Under the pieces are notes generated by a model. It ran no database searches and was not told the origin of the DNA. It saw only the letters and a list, made by a program, of their open reading frames with translations. The position numbers and the translations under genes are program-made. Positions 12,610-23,601 of a stretch of DNA of 64,000 bases are shown here, piece after piece. The DNA is from Oculina patagonica (lineage: Eukaryota): positions 6,634,001 through 6,698,000 of the forward strand of contig NC_135759.1 in the NCBI RefSeq assembly GCF_052425735.1, written 5' to 3'. How positions within the stretch are numbered: the stretch's first letter is position 1; every line of letters begins with the position of its first letter.

Positions 12610-14269
12610 GGCATGGGTCTCCCATTATATTTCACCAAAAACTAAAGGAGTGGTCTATCTTCTGAGGCTTTAACCATGACAGTCCGGCTGAAACTTTGGT
12701 AAAGTAATAAGTATGAAATTTTGTTCAATTTATGTGAATGACGTATGCAAATTAGGACACGTGACCTTTTGTGGCCAATTATTTCCAAAATATCTTTGAG
12801 AAAAAATGGCACCAGTTGAAAACATTCTAACTGTTTTGCAACTAAGCAAGTTCTTAGGTAATGTTTAATAAATAAGCAGCAGTGTTTTATCAAGTTTAAA
12901 ACACGAGGCGCAGCCGAGTGTTTTAGACTTGATAAACACGAACTGCGAATTTATTGAACGGCTTAAAAATCTTCTGATGTAGATCAACTCATTCTTGCAC
13001 TAATATTTAGATTTTGGGTTATTTTGGCCTAAAAAATTGGACGTAAAGTTTAGCCGTGTCTTCATCAGATATAAAGACACTCATTAAACATTAATTTCTT
13101 TTGTATTTTCTTTATGAATTATCAATGAGTTTTTTAAGAGATGAACAAAAGATCTGTGCCTGGACTTTGTTAAATATCTTATTAATTTCGAAAATAAACG
13201 GTATTTTGTACTAGTACCCAGTTCTGCAGAAATAGTCTTTTCTTTTTTTGAGACCGTTATTTTGAATTTTGTCTCAAGGACTGGGCACAGAAGTGATGTA
13301 CCTACTAACCTTAAGCTCATAAAGCTAACAGCAGCATCCAGAAACTAATAAAAAGTGGTGCCATTTTCAGGTAACGTGATCTAACTTGCATAGGTCAACC
13401 TCATAAATTTGACAAAATTTGCAAAAACTATTACATTGCCAAAGTTTAAGCTTGTCATGGCTAAAGGCTAAGAAGATACTACGATTATCAGTTGTGAGGC
13501 ACAAACAAAGTTTGGTGACGAGTTTTCAACGATACAATGGCATTGTTGTCAAGGGCGACAATCTCTGTTTCCATTGGTAACTTGTCGGTTACAGGGAAAC
13601 ATTTTACTGACAGCAATTTTTTGATTGGCTAATTTCGATCCAAGATGGCGTCTGTTTTAATTGAGCAATTTTTTGATTGGCTGATTATTTAAAATTTCGA
13701 TCCGAAATGGTGTCAGCTTTTGTCAGCTTTCGAAGCGCCAAATATTGTTCTTTTCATTTTGCACTTGAGAAAGATAAAATATTTAAAGCTGAAGGAATAC
13801 TTAAAGCTGCTAGAAAATCTCTGGAGTGGGAAAACGAATTAATTTCAGTTGAACAGTATCTCTAACGATGAAGGTAAAGTCAAGCACGTTGAACATAACG
13901 TCAACTCTCCACACAGATCTCTAACCGCAAGAGAAAACGTCAATATAAATCAGCTAAGGCATAATACATTTCATTATTTGTTTCTTTTATCGTTGTCTCT
14001 GTGTATATTTTTTTATTTGAAAGGGAAATAAAGTGTTGTCAACGATATTTGTAGTGTTTGTATTTATTACATGTAAAGCATCGGGATTGTCGAGCAAGAC
14101 AATATCACAAACGCAAATTTGTTACCATTGGAAACACAGCAAGTTGCCTTTGACAACAATGTCGTTTTGACTTCAAAACCTCGTCACCAAACTTCCTTAG
14201 TGCCCCCTTAACTGATAATCGTAGTAGACCACCCCTTAAGTTTTTGTGAAATGATGGGAGGCCCATGCC
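12610..14269. mobile_element. Non-autonomous TTAA-target DNA transposon (Kolobok-like) in an intron
   Basis: TTAA|GGCATGGGTCTCCC... / ...GGGAGGCCCATGCC|TTAA TIRs. Additional internal inverted segment 13480-13580 vs 14120-14222. Confidence 0.75.
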
Positions 14270-14329
14270 TTAATGTTCTTGAGCACAACACCGTACAGAA
14301 AAAAAAAAAAAAATAAAAAAACTATTGCA

Positions 14330-14451
14330 AATAGACCATTTTCGTATTCTCGGTATTGGACTGGAACTAGCTTGCACTGGAGGCTCTTTTATAAGAGCCT
14401 CTATTGCAAGCTAGTTCCAGTCCAATACCGCGAATACGAATATGGTCTATT
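14330..14451. repeat. Near-perfect 120-bp palindromic MITE
   Basis: AATAGACCATTTTCGTATTC...GAATACGAATATGGTCTATT, self-complementary to the centre. Confidence 0.85.
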
Positions 14452-14654
14452 ACTAGCCATTACCGTGTTGTGCGCCAACGTTGAATCAAAATTCTTTTCG
14501 AAAACATCAAATAAACACACCACAAAGTCGTTGTTCAATCAATATTTGACAGTTATTGAACTTGCTTAACCTAAAACAATCCTTTACTTGTCTGCGTTTC
14601 GCAAATCATGTTTTTCCATTGTCTTTGTCTAGGCAACTGATTATTGTTGTTTAC

Positions 14655-14780
14655 CTTCAGGACAAGACTTGCAATCTTGAGGCCGCGTTCCTGGTGCTTT
14701 ATCATATGCAACAAAAGAACCGTTTGGACATTTCATGCAACTTTCGGCGACATAGCCAAACACGTCAGAGTAAAACCCTC
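14655..14780 (-). CDS. Cys-rich exon (GGFYSDVFGYVAESCMKCPNGSF...DCKSCPEG)
   Basis: ctttcag| acceptor, |gtaaac donor, 126 bp, phase 1-1. Splices in frame to 12311. Confidence 0.88.
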
Positions 14781-15249
14781 CTGAAAGAGTGGGAACACAA
14801 GGTAATTTAGTCTAGTACTCTTTAATGCAAAAGAAATATAACAAAAGCTTATTTTTATTGTGAGATTTTTTTTAATTAAGAAAAGCGAACAGCAAAAAAG
14901 AGAACTTTCGCTTATGTTGTTGTAAATTCTTCTTTGTTTATTTCGGACGCGCTTCTTAATAAGACTTCTTCAGGTAAAAATGTTTCATGGGTGTTATTTC
15001 AGTACTTAAAATTACCATGATAGTGGTAGTTCTATGACTTCAGTTCATCATCTTGCCATTCTTTTCAACAAAGAGCTATAAAATTGATTTTTGTATTTTC
15101 TTTTTCTTTACAGAATCATGCAATGATGAGGCTGAACTGCCATTTGAGGCCTCGTTTTTTTCCCTAGTTTAGATGATGATATTATAAACAACACAACAAC
15201 TATTTCATATTCAGCCTGTTCAGCCATTTGTACGGTTAGAGGCAAATAC

Positions 15250-15452
15250 CTGGAGGACACTTTGTACATCCCAGCTGTCTTCTGGAGGAAGAGAAGGAAA
15301 ATGTTCCCGGCGGACATGCTTGAAGTATAAAATAATCATCATCGGTAGAAACATGTTCGAAGCCTGAGGCTAACAAAGTGTTTCTTGCTTCCCGTCCTAT
15401 TCTGGACCGTCTCCTTAGCTTGACGATTTCTGCTTCGGAACCAAGATAATTT
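15250..15452 (-). CDS. Exon NYLGSEAE...LLASGF...CPPGTFS...GCTKCPPG
   Basis: ttcctag| acceptor, CAG|gtattt donor, 203 bp, phase 2-1, open. In frame with 14780. Confidence 0.85.
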
Positions 15453-15526
15453 CTAGGAAAACGTAATTATTTTAATAAAAATTTGGTTTGTATCTGATTT
15501 TAAAATCGGTTGGTAAAAACGTATAA

Positions 15527-15567
15527 AACTGAATTTTCGGTAACTCTCTGTTACCTTCATCAGAGTT
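15527..15567 (-). ncRNA. Minimal type I hammerhead ribozyme in the Penelope pLTR
   Basis: AACU CUGAUGA A GGUAAC agaga GUUACC GAAA AUUC AGUU: intact core, 6-bp stem II, 4-bp stem I, palindromic minimal stem III. Confidence 0.75.
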
Positions 15568-15599
15568 AAAATTGGTTCAGTTTTTGCATAAAAAGTTTT

Positions 15600-17336
15600 T
15601 TATACACCGCCGGTCTCTAGGGATGTTCCCAAAGTTAAATAAACTTGTGGGAATTGCACATGCTCATTCACACAGTTAATGTCCTGGATAGAATGTAGCG
15701 CTTCTAGGAATAGGCGTTGTTTCCTATTGTTGACATTTCTTTCTAAAATTTCTACATAATCCGGATGAATGTCATGGTCTGTTGTTTCCGCGTGAAATCT
15801 TATTGCGCTTTCGTTATTAGATCTTGTGCCAGGCTTGTGCTCTGCGCCGCGCGAATTCCACGATCTTTTGCTCTCTCCCACATAGGCAAAATCACATGTT
15901 TTGTATTTGACTTTGTACACAATTCCCTTGATCTGATTTGTGGCGGGGCGGTCTTTTGGTTTCTTAAAGATACTGCCCAATGTTTTAACAGGCTTGAAAG
16001 TGGTTCTTATGTTTTCTCTGCTAAGCACACGTCGAACTCTCTCGGAAACACCCTTTATGTAAGGGATTGAAGCGTAACCCCTTGGACTCTCTTGACTTTC
16101 TTGGTTTTCTGGCTGTATGGTTTCTAGAGCCGGAACAAGGAAACGATCAATGAAACTTTGGGGGTATCCGTTGACTTTAAGGTCACTGATTACGTGTTGT
16201 TTTTCGCTCTGTTTCCGCTCAGAGGTCGAGGGAAGATATTTGGCACGGTCCATTAGTGTCTTTACTACAGCTCGTTTGCTTTGCGCGGGACTATGCGACT
16301 CGAAGGCGAGATATTTGTTTGTGTGCGTGGCTTTCCTGTACACGCCCACTTCCACTTGACCACTCGCAGATACCGTGTTACTTGTATCAAGGAAAGCTAT
16401 GGTTTGGCCTTCCGCGCCTGTAGTTGGCATTTCTATCGTGAATTGGATATGAGGCTTAATGGAATTCAGATGGCTGTGAAAGACTCTGATGCTTTCACTC
16501 TTTAGGCAAGCATTAGAGTCGTCAACGTAGCGGCGCCACCAGCGCGGTTTTACTGGTGCAGAGGCTAAGGCCTTTTCCTCAATTTCTTCCATGACTAATT
16601 CGGCGATCACTGCGCTGACAGGCGATCCCATCGCACAGCCAAATACTTGGTGGTACTGAGTTCCTTCAAATGAGAAATAGCTGTTGTTAAGTACGAAGGA
16701 GAGTAGATCGAGAACTTGAGCTTGTGTCAAGCTTTTAAGGGCTTTCCATTCAGTTGTCTCACCAAGTTTGCGTTGAACAATATTTATCGCCAAATCTACT
16801 GGGATTGAAGTGAAAAGAGATACAACATCGAAGGACACAATTTGTTCGTCCTCGGCTACTACTTGGCTGTTTATAAAGTTTGTAAATTCTTTAGCGTTCT
16901 TGACAGGGAAGCCACTTTCGCTCTGGAGGGATTTTAAGATGGACGCCAAATACTTGGAAAGCTGGTATGTCGGACTGCCAATACAGCTGTTAATTGGTCT
17001 TAACGGAACTTGAGGCGTTGCTTCTTTTGGCAGAGTAAAGTGGTCTTCTTTGGGCTCCAGCTTTACCTTGTGTATCTTGGGGAGTTCGTAAAAGGCTGCT
17101 GGTGTAGACTCGGATGGCCTGAGTCTCAAGTACTCTGATTCTGTCAAATTGCCCTGCTTTTTGAGATCCAGAAGCTTCTTCTGAAGGGCTGACTCTGTTC
17201 TTGAGGTTGGATTTCGCCTTTTATCCGTGATCGGTTTGTATTCATCCCTGTCTTGAAGCATTGCACAAATTTGGTTGTCATAATCCGTCTTGTTCATAAC
17301 AACAGTACAGTTTCCTTTGTCGGCTTTTATAACCAA
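15600..17336 (-). CDS. Penelope reverse transcriptase + GIY-YIG endonuclease (N-terminus decayed or missing)
   Basis: KADKG, SFDVVSLFT, G.AMGSPVS, RYVDD, VYRKATHT, GIVYKV...YVGES motifs. Confidence 0.92.
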   Translation of the reverse strand: MVIKADKGNCTVVMNKTDYDNQICAMLQDRDEYKPITDKRRNPTSRTESALQKKLLDLKKQGNLTESEYLRLRPSESTPAAFYELPKIHKVKLEPKEDHFTLPKEATPQVPLRPINSCIGSPTYQLSKYLASILKSLQSESGFPVKNAKEFTNFINSQVVAEDEQIVSFDVVSLFTSIPVDLAINIVQRKLGETTEWKALKSLTQAQVLDLLSFVLNNSYFSFEGTQYHQVFGCAMGSPVSAVIAELVMEEIEEKALASAPVKPRWWRRYVDDSNACLKSESIRVFHSHLNSIKPHIQFTIEMPTTGAEGQTIAFLDTSNTVSASGQVEVGVYRKATHTNKYLAFESHSPAQSKRAVVKTLMDRAKYLPSTSERKQSEKQHVISDLKVNGYPQSFIDRFLVPALETIQPENQESQESPRGYASIPYIKGVSERVRRVLSRENIRTTFKPVKTLGSIFKKPKDRPATNQIKGIVYKVKYKTCDFAYVGESKRSWNSRGAEHKPGTRSNNESAIRFHAETTDHDIHPDYVEILERNVNNRKQRLFLEALHSIQDINCVNEHVQFPQVYLTLGTSLETGGV

Positions 17337-17918
17337 AACGCTCTCATCCTCTTTAAGAGCCTTGCAAGCATTTCGTTCTTCCCTTGTTAAATTTTGTTGT
17401 CTCGGGGGGTGTGCTTGTTTTAGAGTGCTACAGATTTCACTTCGGATGATATTCTGGCGTTGTTTTGGCAGACCATCGATAGCTGATTCGACCGAAGCGA
17501 GAATTTCTTTTGTTGGTACACTACTCGGCGTAATGGCGAAATTAAGCCCTTTTCGAAGGAGTGATATTTCATTCTTGTCCAGTTCTCTGTTGGAAATGTT
17601 TACAACCCACTTTTTTTTTAATTGCCTCTTCCTTTCGTTTTGATGGATTTGCTAGTTTCTTCTGATGTCTCCTCTCAACGTCCGCTTTAACGTGTTTGCA
17701 ACGTTGCGCGACGACTTGAGTTAGAGTGTCGTAGAGCGTTTTCTCGATGCGATCTTCGATCTTCTGCCGAAGTGATTCCTAAGCTTTGTCCAGATGACAC
17801 TGGCTAATGAGCATACGTAGGTATTTCCAGCCGGTCCACAAGTTTATTTAACATTGGGAACATCCCTAGAGACCGGCGGTGTATAAAAAACTTATTATGC
17901 AACAACTGAACCAATTTT

Positions 17919-17959
17919 AACTCTGATGAAGGTAACAGAGAGTTACCAAAAATTCAGTT
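17919..17959 (+). ncRNA. Second hammerhead copy, core mutated (GAAA>AAAA)
   Basis: Same motif in the inverted pLTR, but GTTACC-AAAA. Confidence 0.6.
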
Positions 17960-18944
17960 TTATACGTTTTTACCAACCGATTTTAAGATCAGATACAAAC
18001 CAAATTTTTATTATGTCAAACACTGATCGCCCTAATAACGTAATTATTTTGTTTATTTTTTAACCTATTTGTCAGTATATTTGTATGCGAAGCTAGACAA
18101 TAGGGAGGTGTTAGTACGGAGTCAGGATCTAGATCGTCCATCTCATCTTTAGCATAATACTTTTGAACAGGGGAGGGATAGAAACGAGGTCTGGGACCGA
18201 GTAGCGATGCTCTCACAACTTGCAACGCGCTCAATTAACGATGTAGTCAGCGGTTTTTGGACGATGATGCAACAGGCAATCTTTTCCCGCGAAATGGAAG
18301 CTATGGCAATCACGGCTACCATGCCGTGGAATCACTTATTATAAAGGGGTTCAACTCTTTTAACGAAAAATCTAAAAGCAGTGTGTTTATCCGAAAATTT
18401 CGTCATCGTCGTGTAGTTATAAAAACGCAGAATTTTGTGATGCCGTGCTAGTAATGCAAATGATTGAACCACGATTTTCAACTGGCCCACATGGGGATTG
18501 TAAATGAGGTAAAACAAAGAACAACCAAGTCAACAAACAACTTCAAAACAATAGAGCAAGCGGAATATTCGATCGCCGCGTTTTCATTACCATTTCCGTA
18601 ATGGTTTTATTTCATAAGAAACACCACATATTGACACCAAGAACCTTTCCAGAGAAATTTTCTCTGCTTTAAAGGCAAAACTTAGAAATCCTTTTTTTTT
18701 TCACTACTATAAAAAATAACCGAACTCCCCCCCTGGTCCCGTGTTGTTATTGTTTTGGCAAGTTCACAAAGAAAGGAGCTGCTCATGCGCCTTAGAGACA
18801 TCCGCTGACTACCGCCCCGATGATTGCTTTGCAAGTTGTGAGAGCATCGCTCAGATTTCATATAAGAGAATGTATGGGAAGTTGCTCCCCCACCTCCCAC
18901 CCCCTGCTTTTGAAACTTTGTAATTCTAAGTGGAAGTTCACTTA

Positions 18945-20133
18945 AGGCTGGTTCTCATGCATATGATCGACCCGATCGTTTCTATCGCATCGATCGTTCG
19001 GAGGCGATTAAAAGGCTGGTTCTCATATGATCACCCCGATCGTTTCTATCGCATCGATCGTTTGCAAATACTGAGACGATCGCAGGCGATTGAAGCGATT
19101 GGGAGCGATCGGGGGTTCTCGTATGATCGCCCCGATCGTCCGGAATATGCAAAGTACCCTGTCAAAGCCTTTGTCCGAAACAATTCTTTTGGCGCAAAAC
19201 TCATCATATAGTGAAACAAGCCACAAAAACCTCGTGCGTGCGTCGGAATAACATTCAATGTTCATGATAGTGAAAAATGTAGGGTTAATCAAACAAGATA
19301 ATAATTCATGACCTTTCTTTGTCCCCGTATATGAATATTCGATTTTATTCCGATCGACGCACGTGTGTTTTTTCAAAACTCCGATATCGCTTTTGGGCAG
19401 CCTTCGATGCAAGAGCAAACCTTGTGGCCTCCTACCTTTTCGTTATTGCCGTTTTACGGCGAAAGAGTGATAGGGAGGCCAAACGGAAACGTAGTTCTTG
19501 GCAAAATTGATGCACCATGTGTCTCAGTTTGGATCGCTTCGATCGTCTCCCTCTGTGAAAATAGTTCTCATTTAATCGTTCGCGATCGCCGCGGTTTGCG
19601 ACCGATCACCCGGATAGAACACGGGCGATCGAAGCGATCGTGATCGCCCCGATCGTCGCAGACATTAGCGATCGTCTCTGTAATGTTCTCATATGATCGC
19701 CCCGATCACAAGCAAACTTTTTGAAACGACAGAGGCGATAGAAACGATAGAGGCGATCATACGAGAACCAGCTTAAAGCGGGTGGAAGCGATCAGGGGTT
19801 GATATGATCGTCCCGATCGCCTGGTATGAGCGAAGACTTACAAAAAACAGACATTACAGCCCTAGATTCAACACAGTGACAGTTTTCAATGAAAGAACAA
19901 ACCTCGTGGCCTCCTATCTTCTCAGTTTTTGCTGTTTTAAGGCGTAGAAGGGAAAAAGAAGCTAGAAAGATAGAACATGGGCGATTCAAGCTATCGTGAT
20001 CGCCCAAATTGCCGCAGACATAAGCGATCGTCTGTGTGCTGTTCTCATATAATCGCACCGATCGCAAGAAAACTTTTTGAAGTGACAAAAACGATAGAAA
20101 CGATCGGTGCGATTATAAGACGAAAAGGCTTAA
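18945..20133. mobile_element. Two adjacent CGATCG-rich PIF/Harbinger-like MITEs
   Basis: GGCTGGTTCTCATATGATC... / ...GATCATACGAGAACCAGC ends with TAA/TTA flanks and dense CGATCG subterminal repeats. Confidence 0.65.
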
Positions 20134-20401
20134 GTGACAATCGCTAGGATTGTTATAATCCTCAACTGCTCAGGAACCCACCACAGATTTCTTTCGACAT
20201 GCATTCCTTTTGTAGTTGAAACCGTACCTTGCAACTGACGCAAATTATTCCTTGTGTCTACAGCGCACCTCTACTGTTTAACAAATTCATTCCATTTTGC
20301 CGTGCGTCTGTTCAGTTACAGATCAGAGATGACGTCAGAATGCGGTATGAACAAAATAGTGGCCCACGGGCCGCTAGACGAGTGGGTCACTCATGTTCAT
20401 A

Positions 20402-21783
20402 CATAGGCGTACGAGCCGGGGGGCTGGGGGGGGGGCTGCAGCCCCCCCCCAAATTTTGGCAACTCAGATTTTTTGGGCAGCAAGAGAAATTTGGACAACG
20501 CCAGTTTTTAAAGAAGTTTTTTTTCGAAAAGATAGATATTTTCTATTTTAACCTGAAGTTGGCGTGTTAAAGCCAGTTAAATTCACATGAGACAGTGGTT
20601 GCTTAGCGCCTGATGAGTTTCTGGTTAATAGTGAAGGGGATCATTTGTTGATATACATATTTGTAATTTTTTTTACTGTTGGGCACTGTACTGCAAATAT
20701 CTGTCACAGTTAAACACCTGATAAAGAAAGCTTCTCCGTGTTGCTAAATTTTACAAAATCGACGGCGAGATTCTGGAATTCGAGCAGAAAATGTGCACGA
20801 GTTTTCGTCGTGTGTGCGCGGATGAGGCTAAAAGACTGTTTCAGAAATGCTGGAGACAATGCAAGAAAATGACCTATTTGATAAGTTTTCAGAGTTTCCT
20901 TACGTGGTTCATATCCATGCAGTGATACCTGCTACATCGTGTTCTGCAGAACAATCATTCAGTGCGTTGCACAGATTGAAAACTTACCTCCGCAGCATCT
21001 GATGTGGCGACAACGGGTCAGTAAGGCCAAGTAAAAAAAAAACGAAACAAATGTTTCTCGTCCCCGCCCGCTTCATTTTTTGGGGCCGCCTCTCTTTTTT
21101 TATTATTTGTTTTTGGAAAAGTTAGAACGAATAAAAAGCAACAATGTTTACTTTCACTTTGTACGGGGTAAGACATGGCTTTTGTCTGCGTTTTAATACA
21201 AACTAAGGCCAAAACTTTAAATCCATGTTACCCTAGGTCCGTACTGGATAGTTGAATAACCTTGCAGGATTTTTTTTGGAAGTTCGCTTCTGGCCTGGAG
21301 AATTTGACGATGGAGGAAAAAAACATCGATATTCGAACAACCGTATGGAATGCAACAAAATAATTTAAAAAATAACAAATCAACAAAAAATGCGCCCGCC
21401 CGCTCTCTTTTTTATAGAAATCCGGACGAGAAACATTTGGTTTTTTTTTTTTACTTGGCCTAAATTATTACTTGTCATCGCACTTGTATAAGCATTTATT
21501 GGGAATATTCCACCTCTGTAGTCAATAACGACATGGATCGTATTGTTGATATCTTTGGCCGTCGAAATGGTAGAGACAGCTATTTCTTTTAACGTGTTTT
21601 ATGAGCTCATATGATAGATTCTTATGTAAGAATTTTTCACTTCATTTGTAAGCCTATGTTAGTGCATCGTATGACTCTCGTTTCTTCTCGACTGTTTCGT
21701 AAAAATTTGGGCAACTTGCGAGAATTTTTTGGGCAAATGTCTCACCGCCCCCCCCCTGGCAAAAATTTGCTCGTACGCCTATG
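20402..21783 (+). mobile_element. Internally deleted hAT transposon
   Basis: TIR CATAGGCGTACGAGC, 8-bp TSD TGTTCATA (20394-20401 / 21784-21791), hAT dimerisation remnant IPATSCSAEQSFSALHRLKTYLRS. Confidence 0.9.
21025..21460. mobile_element. PIF/Harbinger-type MITE nested in the hAT element
   Basis: TAA|GGCCAAGTAAAAAAA ... TTTTTACTTGGCC|TAA. Confidence 0.85.
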
Positions 21784-22776
21784 TGTTCATACCACATTTT
21801 GACGTCTTCTGTGATCTATAACTGAACAGACCCACGAAAAAATGGAATCTATCTGTTTTATACAATAAAACAAGACTTCAGTACACTTCAGTGTGAGCAA
21901 TGCCGCTACCGGTGAGCTAAAGTTGTTTTCATTTCACGATAAAGTTTCCGTAACCACGAAGGAGTGTTAAACCGATTTAATAAACAGAAAAACGGTAAAA
22001 TGAAAGTCAATGAAAAAACTAACCTTTCAGGTCCAATTTGAAGAGTTGTTCAAATCTGTAAGCATTAACGTAATTAAGCGTTCAACCGCCATTCTTTTGT
22101 TTGCCGTGGCGTCGACGTCCAACTGTACAGCATCGGTCAAACACTTTCATACAGATTTTGATAATTTCTCGAATAATTCACTATCTTCTTCAAGCTTGTT
22201 TAGCCCAGTTATATGCTTCGAAAGGTGAACGTTGCCTGGCGTATTATTTCTCATTGTAGATTTGTAATTAAGCTGAACTTTTTTGCTTTGTTGTGGCCCT
22301 GCGAGTTTGAAAAACTTTGCCGACAACTCTGATTTGGACTATGAACTCTGATCACGCGCGCGAGTCACACCACCGCGTGCCGTCATCTATGCGTCTGTAC
22401 TCTAATAGATCATAGGTAAGAACCAATCAAGATGTGCGTAGAATTCAGGTTATTGTATGAAACAGAATAGTTCTGTTTAATTTATTATAGACACTAACAG
22501 ATAAACTGTTGCTCCTGCGAAAATTGTTCCTGCTCCTGCGACGTGTTTTAATGTTCCAACCATTCTATTTATGATAGACCTGACACCAAAGAAAGCAAAT
22601 TGACAATCACTCGTGTTTGTTTAATAGCTCTTCACCGCAATTCAGTTAAGAAGTGGAGGATATTTATCAAACCACCAAGCCGTCATATTCTCTCAGTGCG
22701 ATACCCTCGCTTTGTTAATAAGTTATATTATAATATATCGCTGCAGTTATAATGTGTTAAAATTAGTACACATTAC

Positions 22777-22851
22777 ATTTGAATATTAAAATCACGATAA
22801 ACGTAAAAGGACTTCATGCTCAGTATCTTTATTCTTGTCCGTTGCAGATGT
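22777..22851 (-). CDS. Probable LRR-type exon (HLQRTRIKILSMKSFYVYRDFNIQI) of the same gene
   Basis: Strong acceptor tttctttctaacag|, donor AT|gtaatg, 75 bp, phase 2-2 (typical LRR exon size and phase). Compatible with the exon at 15452. Confidence 0.6.
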
Positions 22852-23104
22852 CTGTTAGAAAGAAAAAAATAGATAAGAATTAGTGTTATGTATATATTCC
22901 GGAAATAGCGCTGCATGATTGAATGAATGGTTACTAGTTTTCATTATTGTTTTTATAACCCACATTCCTTATCTTATCGTCAACGCGGAGCATGTGAATC
23001 TGAAAATTAAAGAACTAGCAAGCGTAAGATATTTAGGGGGTAAAGGAGAACCTTATTTCCTTCGAATCACTAATTGCGTATATTTCATAGATTAGTTCAT
23101 GGAT

Positions 23105-23601
23105 AAAAAGAGAATAATACATGGTTGTGCGGAGATATAAAATTTATCTTCGAGTGTTCAACTCGATATCTCACGAGTGAGGGCAGCGAACGAGTGATAT
23201 ATCGAGTTGAACACAAGAAGATAAATTTCATATCTCCAAGCAACCATAAATTATTTTGTTTATTTATTTTAAAAACAACTAATAACGAAGTTTTTGACGA
23301 TTTTCCGAAGACTTCCACCCATTTTCGAGGATTTCCGAAGATTTTCAAAATGTTGCCCGAAGGTCATACGAACGTTTTCAAACATTTCCAAACTTTCCCG
23401 AAAACTTCCGAAGACTGCCGAGGAAGATCCGAAGATGTTTCGACTTAATATCGATAAGCTTTGGTTCATTCACCATTGAAACATGGTGAACTTGTCAGCA
23501 CGTGATAAGCGATATCAAAATTATCGTAATTTTACACACGTCGAGATCCAGTTTTTCTCTGTGGTCAAAACCCCAATAAACAAGCGCAGTTTATATAATA
23601 A
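23105..23601. mobile_element. Terminal-hairpin non-autonomous element (possibly Crypton-associated)
   Basis: About 140-bp hairpin 23115-23255, TTCCGAAG micro-repeats, TTTATATAATAA end, no TSD seen. Confidence 0.5.

Larger units (their letters stand above)
15473..18013 (-). mobile_element. Penelope-like retroelement, 5'-truncated, with inverted pseudo-LTRs
   Basis: RT+GIY-YIG ORF. A 178-bp inverted repeat (15473-15650 / 17836-18013) overlaps the ORF 3' end. Confidence 0.92.

Noticed and set aside
18940-20130. CRISPR-like or coding repeats (CGATCG)
   Set aside because: Irregular subterminal MITE repeats with no repeat-spacer periodicity, in a eukaryotic context.
20180-20272. Possible additional exon of the LRR-TM gene
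   Set aside because: The best donor leaves TG, which forms TGA with the next exon. Other frames contain stops.
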